A stretch of 64,000 nt of DNA from Pelagibacteraceae bacterium AG-464-B04 (GTDB taxonomy: Bacteria; Pseudomonadota; Alphaproteobacteria; Pelagibacterales; Pelagibacteraceae), in contig QCRZ01000002.1 of assembly GCA_003209225.1 (NCBI GenBank), forward strand, positions 4,864 through 68,863, read 5' to 3'. A program made the position numbers and the translations under genes. Shown piece by piece: positions 18,059-27,066 of the stretch. How positions within the stretch are numbered: position 1 is the stretch's first letter; every line of letters starts with the position of its first letter. Below the pieces are notes generated by a model, which saw nothing but the letters and a program-made list of their open reading frames with translations, had not been told where the DNA came from and ran no database searches.

Positions 18059-19438
18059 ATGGCAAAAAAAAAGAAAAAATCTAAAAGTAAAACAAATGGT
18101 GTTTCTGAAGATAGAAACAAAAGTCTTTTAGGACAAAATTCAATTTTTACACCTGAAGTTATTGACGACATCCATATAAAAGCACAATTAGGTCGTTACA
18201 GAATGCGTGGTATGGCCTTGATGAAAAAGATACCAACATTTGATGATCTAGTATTTTTGCCAGGCACATTAACAAGATTTGTTATTGAGGGTTATAGAGA
18301 AAAATGTGAAACAAAAACAATTATTGGCCCACGTTGCAAAAACCCCATCGAATTAGATATTCCAGTTTACATTACTGGAATGAGTTTTGGTGCTCTTTCG
18401 TATGAAGCAAAAACTGCATTAGCTAGAGGAGCTACAATGGCTGGAAGTGCAACATGTTCTGGTGAAGGTGGAATGATTCCAGATGAAAGACGATATTCGG
18501 AAAAATGGTTTTATCAATGTATACAATCTCGATATGGTTTTAATCCACACCATGCCCAGCTAGCAGATGGTATAGAAGTTTTTATAGGTCAGGGACAAAA
18601 AGTTGGAATGGGTGGTCATTTAATGGGACAAAAAGTAACTGATCAAGTTGCTGAGATGAGATCGTTACCTTCTGGTATTGATCAACGTTCTCCAGCAAGA
18701 CACCCTGATTGGTTAGGTCCAGATGATCTAGCTTTAAAAGTTCAAGAATTAAGAGAACTCACAAACAACCAAGTTCCAATACAATTAAAATTAGGTGCTG
18801 CTAAAGTTTATGATGATGTTCGTATGGCAGCAAAATGCGACCCTGACTCAATTTATTTAGATGGAATGGAAGGATCTACTGGAGCAGGTCCTCACATTGC
18901 GGCGGCTAACACAGGCATTCCTGGAATAGCTGCAATCCGAGAGGCACGAAGAGCTTTAGATGACATTGGTCAATCTGGAAAAGTAACATTAATTTATGCT
19001 GGTGGTGTTAGAGATGGAGCTGACTTAGCAAAAGCTTTGGCATTAGGTGCAGATGCTGTTGCAATTGGAACTGGCTCTATGATTGCACTAAACTGTAATA
19101 AAGAAATTCCAGGAGTTAATTTTGAAAAAGAGATGGGAGTTAAAGCTGGGCATTGCTATCACTGTCATACGGGTCGTTGTCCAGTCGGAGTTGCAACACA
19201 AAATCCAAAACTTAGAAAAAGATTAAATCCAGATGATGCGGCATTAAGAGTTTATAATTATCTTCATTCAATGGCTTTAGAATTACAGCTATTAGCTAGA
19301 GCCTGTGGCAAGACCAATGTTCACTCTTTAGAACCAGAAGACCTAGCAGCTTTAACAATGGAAGCTTCTGCTTTGGCAAAAGTTCCACTAACTGGGACAA
19401 ACCATACTGTTGGAGTGGATGATTTCCATAAAATTTAA
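18059..19438 (+). CDS. mgsC: N-methylglutamate synthase subunit C (FMN-dependent glutamate-synthase central domain, GlxD-like)
   Basis: 459 aa. ITGMSFGALS, SGEGGM, DGMEGSTGAGP, IYAGGVRDGADLAKALALGADAVAIGT, and Cys cluster CYHCHTGRCPVG. Confidence 0.8.
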   Translation: MAKKKKKSKSKTNGVSEDRNKSLLGQNSIFTPEVIDDIHIKAQLGRYRMRGMALMKKIPTFDDLVFLPGTLTRFVIEGYREKCETKTIIGPRCKNPIELDIPVYITGMSFGALSYEAKTALARGATMAGSATCSGEGGMIPDERRYSEKWFYQCIQSRYGFNPHHAQLADGIEVFIGQGQKVGMGGHLMGQKVTDQVAEMRSLPSGIDQRSPARHPDWLGPDDLALKVQELRELTNNQVPIQLKLGAAKVYDDVRMAAKCDPDSIYLDGMEGSTGAGPHIAAANTGIPGIAAIREARRALDDIGQSGKVTLIYAGGVRDGADLAKALALGADAVAIGTGSMIALNCNKEIPGVNFEKEMGVKAGHCYHCHTGRCPVGVATQNPKLRKRLNPDDAALRVYNYLHSMALELQLLARACGKTNVHSLEPEDLAALTMEASALAKVPLTGTNHTVGVDDFHKI

Positions 19439-19443
19439 ATAAT

Positions 19444-19515
19444 ATGAAAAAAAAAAAAATTAAAAAAAATACCTCTAAGATGAAAAAAAAAAAAATTAAA
19501 AAAAATACCTCTAAG
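19444..19515 (+). repeat. Perfect 36-bp tandem duplication (2 full copies plus a partial third), each copy containing an ATG and A13/A8 homopolymers
   Basis: ATGAAAAAAAAAAAAATTAAAAAAAATACCTCTAAG occurs at 19444-19479 and again at 19480-19515. The next unit begins ATGAAAGAAAAAGAA. Confidence 0.95.
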
Positions 19516-19869
19516 ATGAAAGAAAAAGAAAGCGCTAGAGAAAAAATGATTGGCCAACATATCGGTTATCGATATGATGTGAATTTACTCCCAGACTATA
19601 AAAAAGTTACTCCGTTTCTTAAAAAATACATTGAACATATGGGTTGGGACGACCTGAATTGGTTAGAAGATGTTCATATGGGTTACGAAGAAGGACGACC
19701 TGCTGTTTTTTGCAGAAATGCAAATGGGTGGGTTACTATCCCAAAAAAAATTAAATTGCCGGACAGCCAACAAGATAGAGATATGATTGCTAGAGAACTG
19801 TTAGTCAAATTTCAAATGTCTCCAAAACATCCGCTTGTCGATTTAAAAAAAGCTTATAAAAAAGGCTAA
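19444..19869 (+). CDS. Hypothetical protein co-transcribed with mgsC (Lys-rich repeated N-terminus); true start uncertain
   Basis: 141 aa. Starts 5 nt after the mgsC stop. The body (IGYRYDVNLLPDYKK...GWDDLNWLEDVHMGYEEGRPAVFCRNANGWVTIP) matches no family I recognise. In-frame ATGs at 19444, 19480 and 19516, plus a later one (MIGQH). Confidence 0.5.
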   Translation: MKKKKIKKNTSKMKKKKIKKNTSKMKEKESAREKMIGQHIGYRYDVNLLPDYKKVTPFLKKYIEHMGWDDLNWLEDVHMGYEEGRPAVFCRNANGWVTIPKKIKLPDSQQDRDMIARELLVKFQMSPKHPLVDLKKAYKKG

Positions 19870-19883
19870 ATAATAAAATATCG

Positions 19884-20363
19884 TTATTTATTAAAAATGT
19901 TTAACCATTGATTGCATTGGTCAATAAAAAAATCAGATGGATAATAAATTTGTTCCCTTCCATCCTTAAAATTTTTTCTTTTTAAAAGGTACTCTTCTTC
20001 AACTGCTTCTTTAAATATTTGAAAAATTTTACTTCTACTGCCAAATTTATCAGGCATTGATCTTAAAATTGTTTCAAATTTAATTGGTTGATGATCGATT
20101 ACATGTTCCAATATAGTCAAAAGTAAAAAATAATGTCCTGGAGATTTTCTAAAAAAACCAATAACTTTGTACTTGTCATTATTATCTAAAAAATCTTGCT
20201 TCAATAATCGGACTATATCAGTATTATCTCCATGAATTCCTTTTGATACATGTTTATCATGCATTTCGATGCTTTTGCTGATTGAATGTAATTTTCCCAT
20301 ATCTTTTTTACTTAAAAAATTTTTATAATCACAACTTATAGGGTGCGACAACTTGTTCAACAA
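19884..20363 (-). CDS. Putative winged-helix transcriptional regulator
   Basis: 159 aa from a TTG start; an internal ATG gives MGKLHS. The C-terminal half looks wHTH-like: helix IKFETILRSM, recognition-helix-like SRSKIFQIFKEAVEEEYLLKR, wing KDGREQIYYPS. It is divergent from the amide-transporter operon. Confidence 0.4.
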   Translation of the reverse strand: MLNKLSHPISCDYKNFLSKKDMGKLHSISKSIEMHDKHVSKGIHGDNTDIVRLLKQDFLDNNDKYKVIGFFRKSPGHYFLLLTILEHVIDHQPIKFETILRSMPDKFGSRSKIFQIFKEAVEEEYLLKRKNFKDGREQIYYPSDFFIDQCNQWLNIFNK

Positions 20364-20474
20364 AATAAAAATTAAAAATTACAACTCCAAATTGTACATC
20401 CTTTATAATTAAACTTATTCTTTACCCTTTACTTATTTTTTAAAAAATCATTATAATTTTAATATTAATAAATA

Positions 20475-21737
20475 ATGGAGAAAAAAATGATAAATAAAGC
20501 TATATCTTTTATTTTATCAATATTCTTTGCCACTTTTTTGATGCTTACCCAAGCTCAAGCAGGTGACACTATTAAGCTAGGAATATTGGAAGATGAAACA
20601 GGAAATTTTTCTATTGCCGTGATTCCTAAAATTCATGCTTATGAACTTGCTGTTAAGGAAATTAATGAAGCAGGTGGAGTTTTAGGTAAGCAATTAGAAA
20701 TTGTGAGATATGATACTCAGTCTGACAATACTCGTTTCCAAGAGTTCGCAAGACGTTTAATAAAAAAAGATAAGGTTGATGTAATTTTTGGTGGTTTTTC
20801 TAGTGCTTCTAGAGAGGCTATTAGACCAATTATGGATAAAAACAATCAACTTTATTTTTACAATAATCAATACGAAGGCGGCGTGTGTGACTCAAACGTA
20901 TTTGTAACAGGAGCAGTACCAGAACAACAATTTAGTACTTTGGTTACTTGGATGATGGAAAAATATGGAAAAAATGTTTACACAATTGCAGCAGACTACA
21001 ACTTTGGGCAAATTTCTGCTGAATGGGTGAGACAAATTGTTAAAGAAAATGGTGGAACTATGGTTGGGGAAGAATTTATTCCTCTATCTGTTTCACAGTA
21101 CAGCCAAACTATTCAAAAAATCCAAAAAGCAAAACCTGATGTTTTGATGACATTGTTGGTAGGTGCAAAACAAGCTTCTTTTTATGAACAACAAGCAGCT
21201 GCAGGATTAGGAATACCGATGGCCACTTCAGTAAACGTTGGTCAGGCGTATGAGCACAGAAGATTCCAGCCACCAGCTCTTGAAAATATGTACGTAACTG
21301 TAAACTATATTGAAGAAGTTCATGAAGTAATAAAATCTGGAAAATTTCACGACAAGAGTAAAGATTTTGTTGCACGTTTTCGCGCTCTATATCCAAACGA
21401 ACCATATATAAACATGGAATCTGCAAATGCCTATAATGCTATAAATTTATATGTAAAAGCTGTTAAAAAGGCAGGAAGCGTTGATATGGTAAAAGTACGT
21501 AGAGCTCTAGAAACTGGTATAAGTTTTGATGGACCTTCTGGTGTAGTAAAAATTGATCCAAAAAGTCACCATGGAAGCCATACTATTTTCTTAGTACATG
21601 TTGATAAAGGCCATGAGGTTAAAATTCCAAAAATTTGGGAAAATATTGAACCTTACTGGTTAGGTGAAGCAGGTTGCGATTTGTCAAAAAAGGACGACTA
21701 TTCACAGTATACTCCTTCAAATCCACCTAAACAATAA
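20475..21737 (+). CDS. Periplasmic binding protein of a urea/short-chain-amide ABC transporter (UrtA/FmdD/AmiC-like)
   Basis: 420 aa with a signal peptide. TIKLGILEDETGNFSI...EINEAGGVLGKQLEIVRYDTQSD...DVIFGGFSSASREAIRPIM...LYFYNNQYEGGVCDSNVFVTGAVPEQQ closely parallels the UrtA/FmdD pattern as I remember it. An alternative start at ATG 20487 has a better GGAG ribosome-binding site. Confidence 0.8.
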   Translation: MEKKMINKAISFILSIFFATFLMLTQAQAGDTIKLGILEDETGNFSIAVIPKIHAYELAVKEINEAGGVLGKQLEIVRYDTQSDNTRFQEFARRLIKKDKVDVIFGGFSSASREAIRPIMDKNNQLYFYNNQYEGGVCDSNVFVTGAVPEQQFSTLVTWMMEKYGKNVYTIAADYNFGQISAEWVRQIVKENGGTMVGEEFIPLSVSQYSQTIQKIQKAKPDVLMTLLVGAKQASFYEQQAAAGLGIPMATSVNVGQAYEHRRFQPPALENMYVTVNYIEEVHEVIKSGKFHDKSKDFVARFRALYPNEPYINMESANAYNAINLYVKAVKKAGSVDMVKVRRALETGISFDGPSGVVKIDPKSHHGSHTIFLVHVDKGHEVKIPKIWENIEPYWLGEAGCDLSKKDDYSQYTPSNPPKQ

Positions 21738-21749
21738 AAGTTCTTAAAA

Positions 21750-21793
21750 TTTTAGGCCCCAACTTAATTTCCCCTGGGGCCTAAAAACTTTTT
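21750..21793 (+). terminator. Intra-operon hairpin attenuator/terminator after the binding-protein gene
   Basis: TTTTAGGCCCCA - 13-nt loop - TGGGGCCTAAAA (12-bp stem), then AC and T5. Confidence 0.5.
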
Positions 21794-21825
21794 GCTATAT
21801 AATAAAATAATAAATTAGGACTAAT

Positions 21826-22686
21826 ATGGTACTACTTTTCAATATTATTTTTCAGGTAAGCGATGCTATTTCGTTCTTACTTCTCTCGGCTATTGGATTA
21901 GCAGTAATCTTTGGAATGATGAGAATAATCAATTTAGCCCATGGAGAATTTATTACTGTTGGCGCTTATGGAACGGTAGTAACAGCTAAAATGGGATTGC
22001 CTTTACCCATGGCTATGGCCTGTGGTGTATTAGTTACAATAATTTTTGGATTCATTTTAGAAAGACTGATAATTCGTTATATTTATGGACGACCACTTGA
22101 CTCTGTAGTGGCAACATGGGGAATAAGTTTAATAGTATCACAATCTTTCTTAATTATATTTGGGCCTTCAATTGAAGGACTAAAAAGCCCTCTAGGATCA
22201 TTTCAAATGGGCGATTATTCATTTTCTGAATATAGAATATTATTAATTTTTATTTCATTTTTAATTTTAGTTCTGTTGTATTTTTTATTTATGAAAAGCA
22301 GATTTGGAACTCTAGCAAGGGCCACAATAGAAAAACCCATTACTTCTTCTGCTTTAGGTGTTGATGTTCAAAAAGTTTATACAATAACTTTTTGTATTGG
22401 GGCTGGCTTAGCTGGACTTACTGGAGCATTGTACATTCCAACTATGACTTGTGTTCCTAGTTTAGGACAAGCTTTTATTGTAAGCGCGTTTGTTTCTGTA
22501 GTTACAGCTGGAGCAAGTCCGTTTATAGGCTTGGTTCCTGCTGCTGCATTTTTAGGAAGTTTTCAAACAGGTATAACTTTCTTTTACCATGCAACAATTG
22601 GTTTAATAGGACTCTTATTTGCTGTAATTATGATAATTAGATTTTTACCATCGGGTTTTAGTGGTTTAATTAAAAAAGGGAAATGA
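21826..22686 (+). CDS. Branched-chain/urea-amide type ABC permease (LivH/UrtB-like)
   Basis: 286 aa polytopic protein. INLAHGEFITVGAY is typical of the LivH family. Confidence 0.85.
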   Translation: MVLLFNIIFQVSDAISFLLLSAIGLAVIFGMMRIINLAHGEFITVGAYGTVVTAKMGLPLPMAMACGVLVTIIFGFILERLIIRYIYGRPLDSVVATWGISLIVSQSFLIIFGPSIEGLKSPLGSFQMGDYSFSEYRILLIFISFLILVLLYFLFMKSRFGTLARATIEKPITSSALGVDVQKVYTITFCIGAGLAGLTGALYIPTMTCVPSLGQAFIVSAFVSVVTAGASPFIGLVPAAAFLGSFQTGITFFYHATIGLIGLLFAVIMIIRFLPSGFSGLIKKGK

Positions 22687-23693
22687 AAAATTCATATTTT
22701 ATAAAAAACAAATTTCAAACTATGACTTTTTTAGTTTTGGCCATGATACCATTGTTTGTTGACAGCTATTATGTAAACAATATTAGTTTTTTTATGTTGT
22801 GGACTTTCATTGCTTTAAGTCTATCTCTAATTTGGGGTAAGGGTGGAATACTTAGTTTTGGTCAAGCCGCTTTTTTTGGATTAGCAGGTTACAGTTTTGG
22901 TGTTATTGGAATTAATTTTTCTGGTGTTTTTGGTGTTGGTATCTGGTCTGTTTTAATTGCATTAATTATCACAGGTATATTTGGTCTAATTGTTGGGTAT
23001 TTTTTATTTTATGGTGGAATATACGATGTTTTTGTTGGCATAGTAACTTTGTCAATTACACTCGTTTTTGAAACTTTCATGTCGCAAACTGCAGGGCCCG
23101 AGTGGACAGTTGGAATTGCTAGATTAAATGGTTTTAACGGGATGCAAGGCATGCCATCAATTGGGGTAAATTTGTTTGGATATAATTTTGAAGCTTTAGA
23201 TAACAAAGGATACTATGTGATTCTTGCTCTGGCTGTTTTTGTAATTTATTTTTTAGATAAATTAGCAAATTCTAAATTTGGACTAGTTCTTTCTGCATCA
23301 AAAGAAGACAGACTTAGAGTTGAAAGTCTTGGTTACAATGTAAAAAGAGTTCACATGATAACTTTTGCTATATCGGCAGTTTTAGCTGGCTTATCTGGCA
23401 TTCTCTACACTAATTGGGGTGGTTTTATAACTCCAGAATCAATGGGATTGGTTTCAGCTGCCTTACCTGTAGTTTATTGCGCTGCTAGCGGTAAAAATAA
23501 TTTTTTTGCAGTATTTTTAGGAACAATATTGCTCGTGTGGATTTCACAAGAGCTTGCTATTAATGGAAGACAATTTGCTTTAGTCTTTATGGGTCTTTTA
23601 CTTGTAGTTGCTACACGCTATTTTCCAGATGGAATGTTTTTATATTTTATAAATCAAATATCAAAATTTAGCAAAAAATTAAGCAGGAATTAA
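22683..23693 (+). CDS. Branched-chain/urea-amide type ABC permease (LivM/UrtC-like)
   Basis: 336 aa polytopic protein. [17 protein letters not shown] is typical of the LivM family. 4-nt overlap with the upstream gene. Confidence 0.85.
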   Translation: MKNSYFIKNKFQTMTFLVLAMIPLFVDSYYVNNISFFMLWTFIALSLSLIWGKGGILSFGQAAFFGLAGYSFGVIGINFSGVFGVGIWSVLIALIITGIFGLIVGYFLFYGGIYDVFVGIVTLSITLVFETFMSQTAGPEWTVGIARLNGFNGMQGMPSIGVNLFGYNFEALDNKGYYVILALAVFVIYFLDKLANSKFGLVLSASKEDRLRVESLGYNVKRVHMITFAISAVLAGLSGILYTNWGGFITPESMGLVSAALPVVYCAASGKNNFFAVFLGTILLVWISQELAINGRQFALVFMGLLLVVATRYFPDGMFLYFINQISKFSKKLSRN

Positions 23694-23694
23694 A

Positions 23695-24396
23695 ATGAGT
23701 GAAGTTATATTAAATATAAACAAGATTAAAAAAACATTTGGTGGTTTTACAGCAGTAAAAGATGTTGATTTAAAAGTTAATAAAGGTGAAATCAGATTTA
23801 TAATTGGTCCAAACGGTGCTGGAAAAAGTACATTATTTAAACTTATTATTGGATATTTAAAAGCTGATTATGGAGATGTGATATTTAAAGAAGAAAACTT
23901 AAACAAGTTTGAATTACATCAAAGAATTAAAAAAGGAATTGGATTAAAATTTCAAGCTCCTTCTGTTTTTAATGAAATGACTGTTTTGCAAAATTTAGAA
24001 ATAGCAGCAAATCAAACAAACTTGAACGATTACAATGATTTCATTGATCGTTTTGGTATTTTGGAGGAAAAAAATATTTTAGCCGGTGACTTATCCCATG
24101 GTAAAAAACAATGGCTCGATATAGCATTGGCTTCAATTTCTAATCCTGATTTAGTTTTGCTTGATGAACCTACGGCAGGTTTATCGTTTGATGAAACAAA
24201 AAAGACAGGTGAAATAATTAAATATCTAAATAAACAGGGAACTACATTTTTAATTGTAGAACATGATATGGAAATTTTAAAACAAATTGCTACTGCAGTT
24301 TCTGTACTTCACTTGGGTGCATTGTTTGTTGAAGGATCACCACAATCAGTATTAAAAAATAAAGATGTTGCGAAAATATATCTGGGGGCTTCATAA
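23695..24396 (+). CDS. ABC transporter ATP-binding protein (LivG/UrtD-like)
   Basis: 233 aa. [42 protein letters not shown]. Confidence 0.9.
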   Translation: MSEVILNINKIKKTFGGFTAVKDVDLKVNKGEIRFIIGPNGAGKSTLFKLIIGYLKADYGDVIFKEENLNKFELHQRIKKGIGLKFQAPSVFNEMTVLQNLEIAANQTNLNDYNDFIDRFGILEEKNILAGDLSHGKKQWLDIALASISNPDLVLLDEPTAGLSFDETKKTGEIIKYLNKQGTTFLIVEHDMEILKQIATAVSVLHLGALFVEGSPQSVLKNKDVAKIYLGAS

Positions 24397-25118
24397 TGGG
24401 ACTAAATAATATTTTAGAAATTAAAAATATAATATCCGGTTACGGAACTACTAATGTTATCAATAATATCAGTTTTGGTATCAACGAATCTTCTATTTTA
24501 GCAATTAGTGGTAGAAATGGCGTGGGTAAAAGCACTTTGTTAAAAACTATAATCGGTATTGTTGAATCTAAATCAGGTAACATATTTTTTATGAATAAAA
24601 ATATAACAAAAAATCGTCCAACAGAAAGATCTATTCTTGGGATTGGTTACGTTCCACAAGGTAGGGATATTTTTAATTCTTTAACAGTTGAAGAAAATAT
24701 CTCACTACCAGCTATATCAAGGAGGATGAAAAATTTAAAAAATGAATTGGAAAAAATTTATTCTGTTTTTCCAATTTTAAAAGAAAAAAGAAATGACCTA
24801 GGTGGTTCATTGAGCGGAGGTCAACAACAACAGCTAGCAATAGCTAGATCATTAATTTTTAATCCAAAAGTACTTCTGCTAGATGAGCCATCGGAAGGAA
24901 TACAACCTTCCATAGTAAGTTCTATTGCGGAAAAAATACACAATATAGCAATTGAATTAAAAACAGCATTTGTAATAGTTGAGCAAAACATTTCATTTAT
25001 AAGTAAACTTAGTTGTGATTGCTTCATTATTGACAAAGGTGTCATTTCTTCTAAAATTTCTTCTAAAGATTTTAGCGATGTTGACAAAGCAAGAAAAGCG
25101 TTAAGCTTAGAACTATAA
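24396..25118 (+). CDS. ABC transporter ATP-binding protein (LivF/UrtE-like)
   Basis: 240 aa. GRNGVGKSTLL, LSGGQQQQLAIARSL, LLLDEPSEGIQP. Confidence 0.9.
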   Translation: MGLNNILEIKNIISGYGTTNVINNISFGINESSILAISGRNGVGKSTLLKTIIGIVESKSGNIFFMNKNITKNRPTERSILGIGYVPQGRDIFNSLTVEENISLPAISRRMKNLKNELEKIYSVFPILKEKRNDLGGSLSGGQQQQLAIARSLIFNPKVLLLDEPSEGIQPSIVSSIAEKIHNIAIELKTAFVIVEQNISFISKLSCDCFIIDKGVISSKISSKDFSDVDKARKALSLEL

Positions 25119-25132
25119 GAAAGGAAAACAAA

Positions 25133-26119
25133 ATGAGTTGGTTAAAAAATTCAATCATGATGACTAAAGGTGTAGGAAAAGATTCTTCTGGAAAAGAACA
25201 TAATCTTACAGAAAAAATACAAGGAAATTATCATTATACAATGGGTCCTTATTCCAAACCTGTTATGCATATAAAACCTGGTGACACTGTGGTAGTTGAA
25301 ACAAGAGATGCGTTTGAGGGAAAAATCCAAAAGGAAACTGATAAACCTGCTGAAAAATTAGAAATGCCTTTTTTAAACCCTCAAAATGGACCAATAATGA
25401 TAGAAGGAGCAGAAAAAGGTGATGCCGTTGCAGTTTATATAGATAGCATGGTGCCGAGAGGAGAAAATCCACGAGGAACTTGCTGTATGATCTCAGAATT
25501 TGGAGCTCTTACTGGAACTGCTTATACCGCAACTTTAAATGATCCGCTGCCTGAAAAAGTTAGAAAGATAAATCTAGATGAAAAAAATGTTTATTGGTCA
25601 GATCGTATAACTTTGCCATACAAACCTCATATAGGAACTTTAAGTGTTTCACCTGAAATTGATTCTATAAATTCACTAACACCTGATAATCATGGTGGAA
25701 ACATGGATTTACCTGATATGGGGCCAGGTAGCATTACCTATTTACCAGTAAGAAGTCCTGGAGCAAGATTATTCATTGGAGATGCTCACGCTTGCCAGGG
25801 TGATGGGGAAGTGTGTGGAGTTGCCGTAGAATATCCAACTGTAACAACAATAAAAGTTGATCTTATAAAAAATTACACCATTGAATGGCCAAGACTAGAA
25901 AATGAAAATATGCTAATGGCGATTGGGAGCACTAGACCGCTAGAAGACGCTACTAGAATAGCCTATAGAGAGTTAGTGAGATGGCTAGCAAAAGATTATG
26001 GTTTTGATCAATGGGATATTTATATGATACTTAGTCAAGTTGGAAAAGTTAGACTAGGTAATTTTGTTGATCCAAAATATACGGTTGGAGCTGGAATAGA
26101 AAAAAAATATTTAAAGTAA
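25133..26119 (+). CDS. Acetamidase/formamidase-family amidohydrolase
   Basis: 328 aa. IKPGDTVVVETRDAF, NPQNGPIMIEGAEKGDAVAVYI, HGGNMD, GDAHACQGDGEVCGVAVE are FmdA/AmdA family hallmarks. Confidence 0.85.
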   Translation: MSWLKNSIMMTKGVGKDSSGKEHNLTEKIQGNYHYTMGPYSKPVMHIKPGDTVVVETRDAFEGKIQKETDKPAEKLEMPFLNPQNGPIMIEGAEKGDAVAVYIDSMVPRGENPRGTCCMISEFGALTGTAYTATLNDPLPEKVRKINLDEKNVYWSDRITLPYKPHIGTLSVSPEIDSINSLTPDNHGGNMDLPDMGPGSITYLPVRSPGARLFIGDAHACQGDGEVCGVAVEYPTVTTIKVDLIKNYTIEWPRLENENMLMAIGSTRPLEDATRIAYRELVRWLAKDYGFDQWDIYMILSQVGKVRLGNFVDPKYTVGAGIEKKYLK

Positions 26120-26148
26120 TTTGTTATATTAAAACTTTAAATTATTAA

Positions 26149-26931
26149 ATGTACTCTAAGGAAAAATTTAAAGATATTAACAAAATATCAAGCTCTCTTG
26201 CATTAGCTAGAAGAAAAAATTTAACTATTAAAAAAATATCCTTAAATATTATTAAGGATATAAATTTAGTTGAGCAAATTAAAACTTTTGCTGAAACAAA
26301 GCTTGAATGGCAACCAATTGGTTTTAAAGTTGGGGCAACGAACAAAAAAATAATGAAAATTTTGAAAGCTAAAGAACCTTTTTTTTCTTATATCTTTAAA
26401 GAACAAACTTTTAAAAATAATAAAAAACTAAAATTGACTCCTAATCTTTTAGGTATAGAGCTTGAAGTTGCTTATAAAATTAACAAAAGAGTATTTGATG
26501 TAAAAATTAAAAAAAAAAAACAGCTTAAACCTTTTATACTCGGTATGACTACTGCTATTGAATTAGTTGGATTCAGACAAAATTTAAAAAAGCCAGATAT
26601 GATTGGTCGCGCAATAATTGACTTTGGTTTAAATGTATCTTTTATAAAAACAAACCCAAAAAAAATAAAAAATATTTTAAATTTTAATTCTAAAACTAAA
26701 ATTACCAACCTTAAAAATAAAAAAATTTATTTAGGCCATACTAAAAATGTATTAAATAATCCCATAAATTCTTTGTTTTGGTTGATCAAAAAATTAAGAG
26801 AGAAAAATATCTCCTTAAAAAAAAATTTTTGGGTTACAACTGGATCTACTACACCAATTGTACCTGTAAAAAGAGGCGATATTTTTTTGGGCAACATTAA
26901 TTCTTTAGGTAAAATTTTAGTAAAATTTTAA
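26149..26931 (+). CDS. Lys-rich 2-keto-4-pentenoate hydratase / MhpD-like (FAH-fold) protein
   Basis: 260 aa. IGFKVGATNKKIMKIL matches the GxKxGxT pattern, ELEVAYKI resembles E-x-E-x-A, and AIELVGFR and WVTTGSTT also fit. Visibly more A/K-rich than its neighbours, with an A11 run inside. Confidence 0.45.
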   Translation: MYSKEKFKDINKISSSLALARRKNLTIKKISLNIIKDINLVEQIKTFAETKLEWQPIGFKVGATNKKIMKILKAKEPFFSYIFKEQTFKNNKKLKLTPNLLGIELEVAYKINKRVFDVKIKKKKQLKPFILGMTTAIELVGFRQNLKKPDMIGRAIIDFGLNVSFIKTNPKKIKNILNFNSKTKITNLKNKKIYLGHTKNVLNNPINSLFWLIKKLREKNISLKKNFWVTTGSTTPIVPVKRGDIFLGNINSLGKILVKF

Positions 26932-27066
26932 ACAATAAAAATTTGTTTTTTGTTACAACCCAAAGTTGATTTAGTTTTTTTAAACGTTGCCCTTCAACAA
27001 TTCTACATACTTGTACTACTTGTCGCACTAACTAAGATAAATGTAATTTTATTTGGGAGGACAAAT

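Noticed and set aside
20368-20384. A 17-nt string AAAATTAAAAATTACAA shared with 59182-59198, as a possible common regulatory element.
   Set aside because: It is low-complexity A/T sequence in two AT-rich spacers. Only two copies were seen and they have no consistent position relative to the start codons. It cannot be distinguished from chance without a genome-wide count.
26950-27066. A TTG start giving a 39-aa leader on the Amt protein. I also looked here for a structured leader or a sigma-54-type promoter.
   Set aside because: ATG 27067 is preceded by GGGAGG at ideal spacing, and the extension has no Amt homology. I could find no TGGCAC-N5-TTGC element or convincing fold. The duplicated ACTTGT hexamers are too short to interpret.
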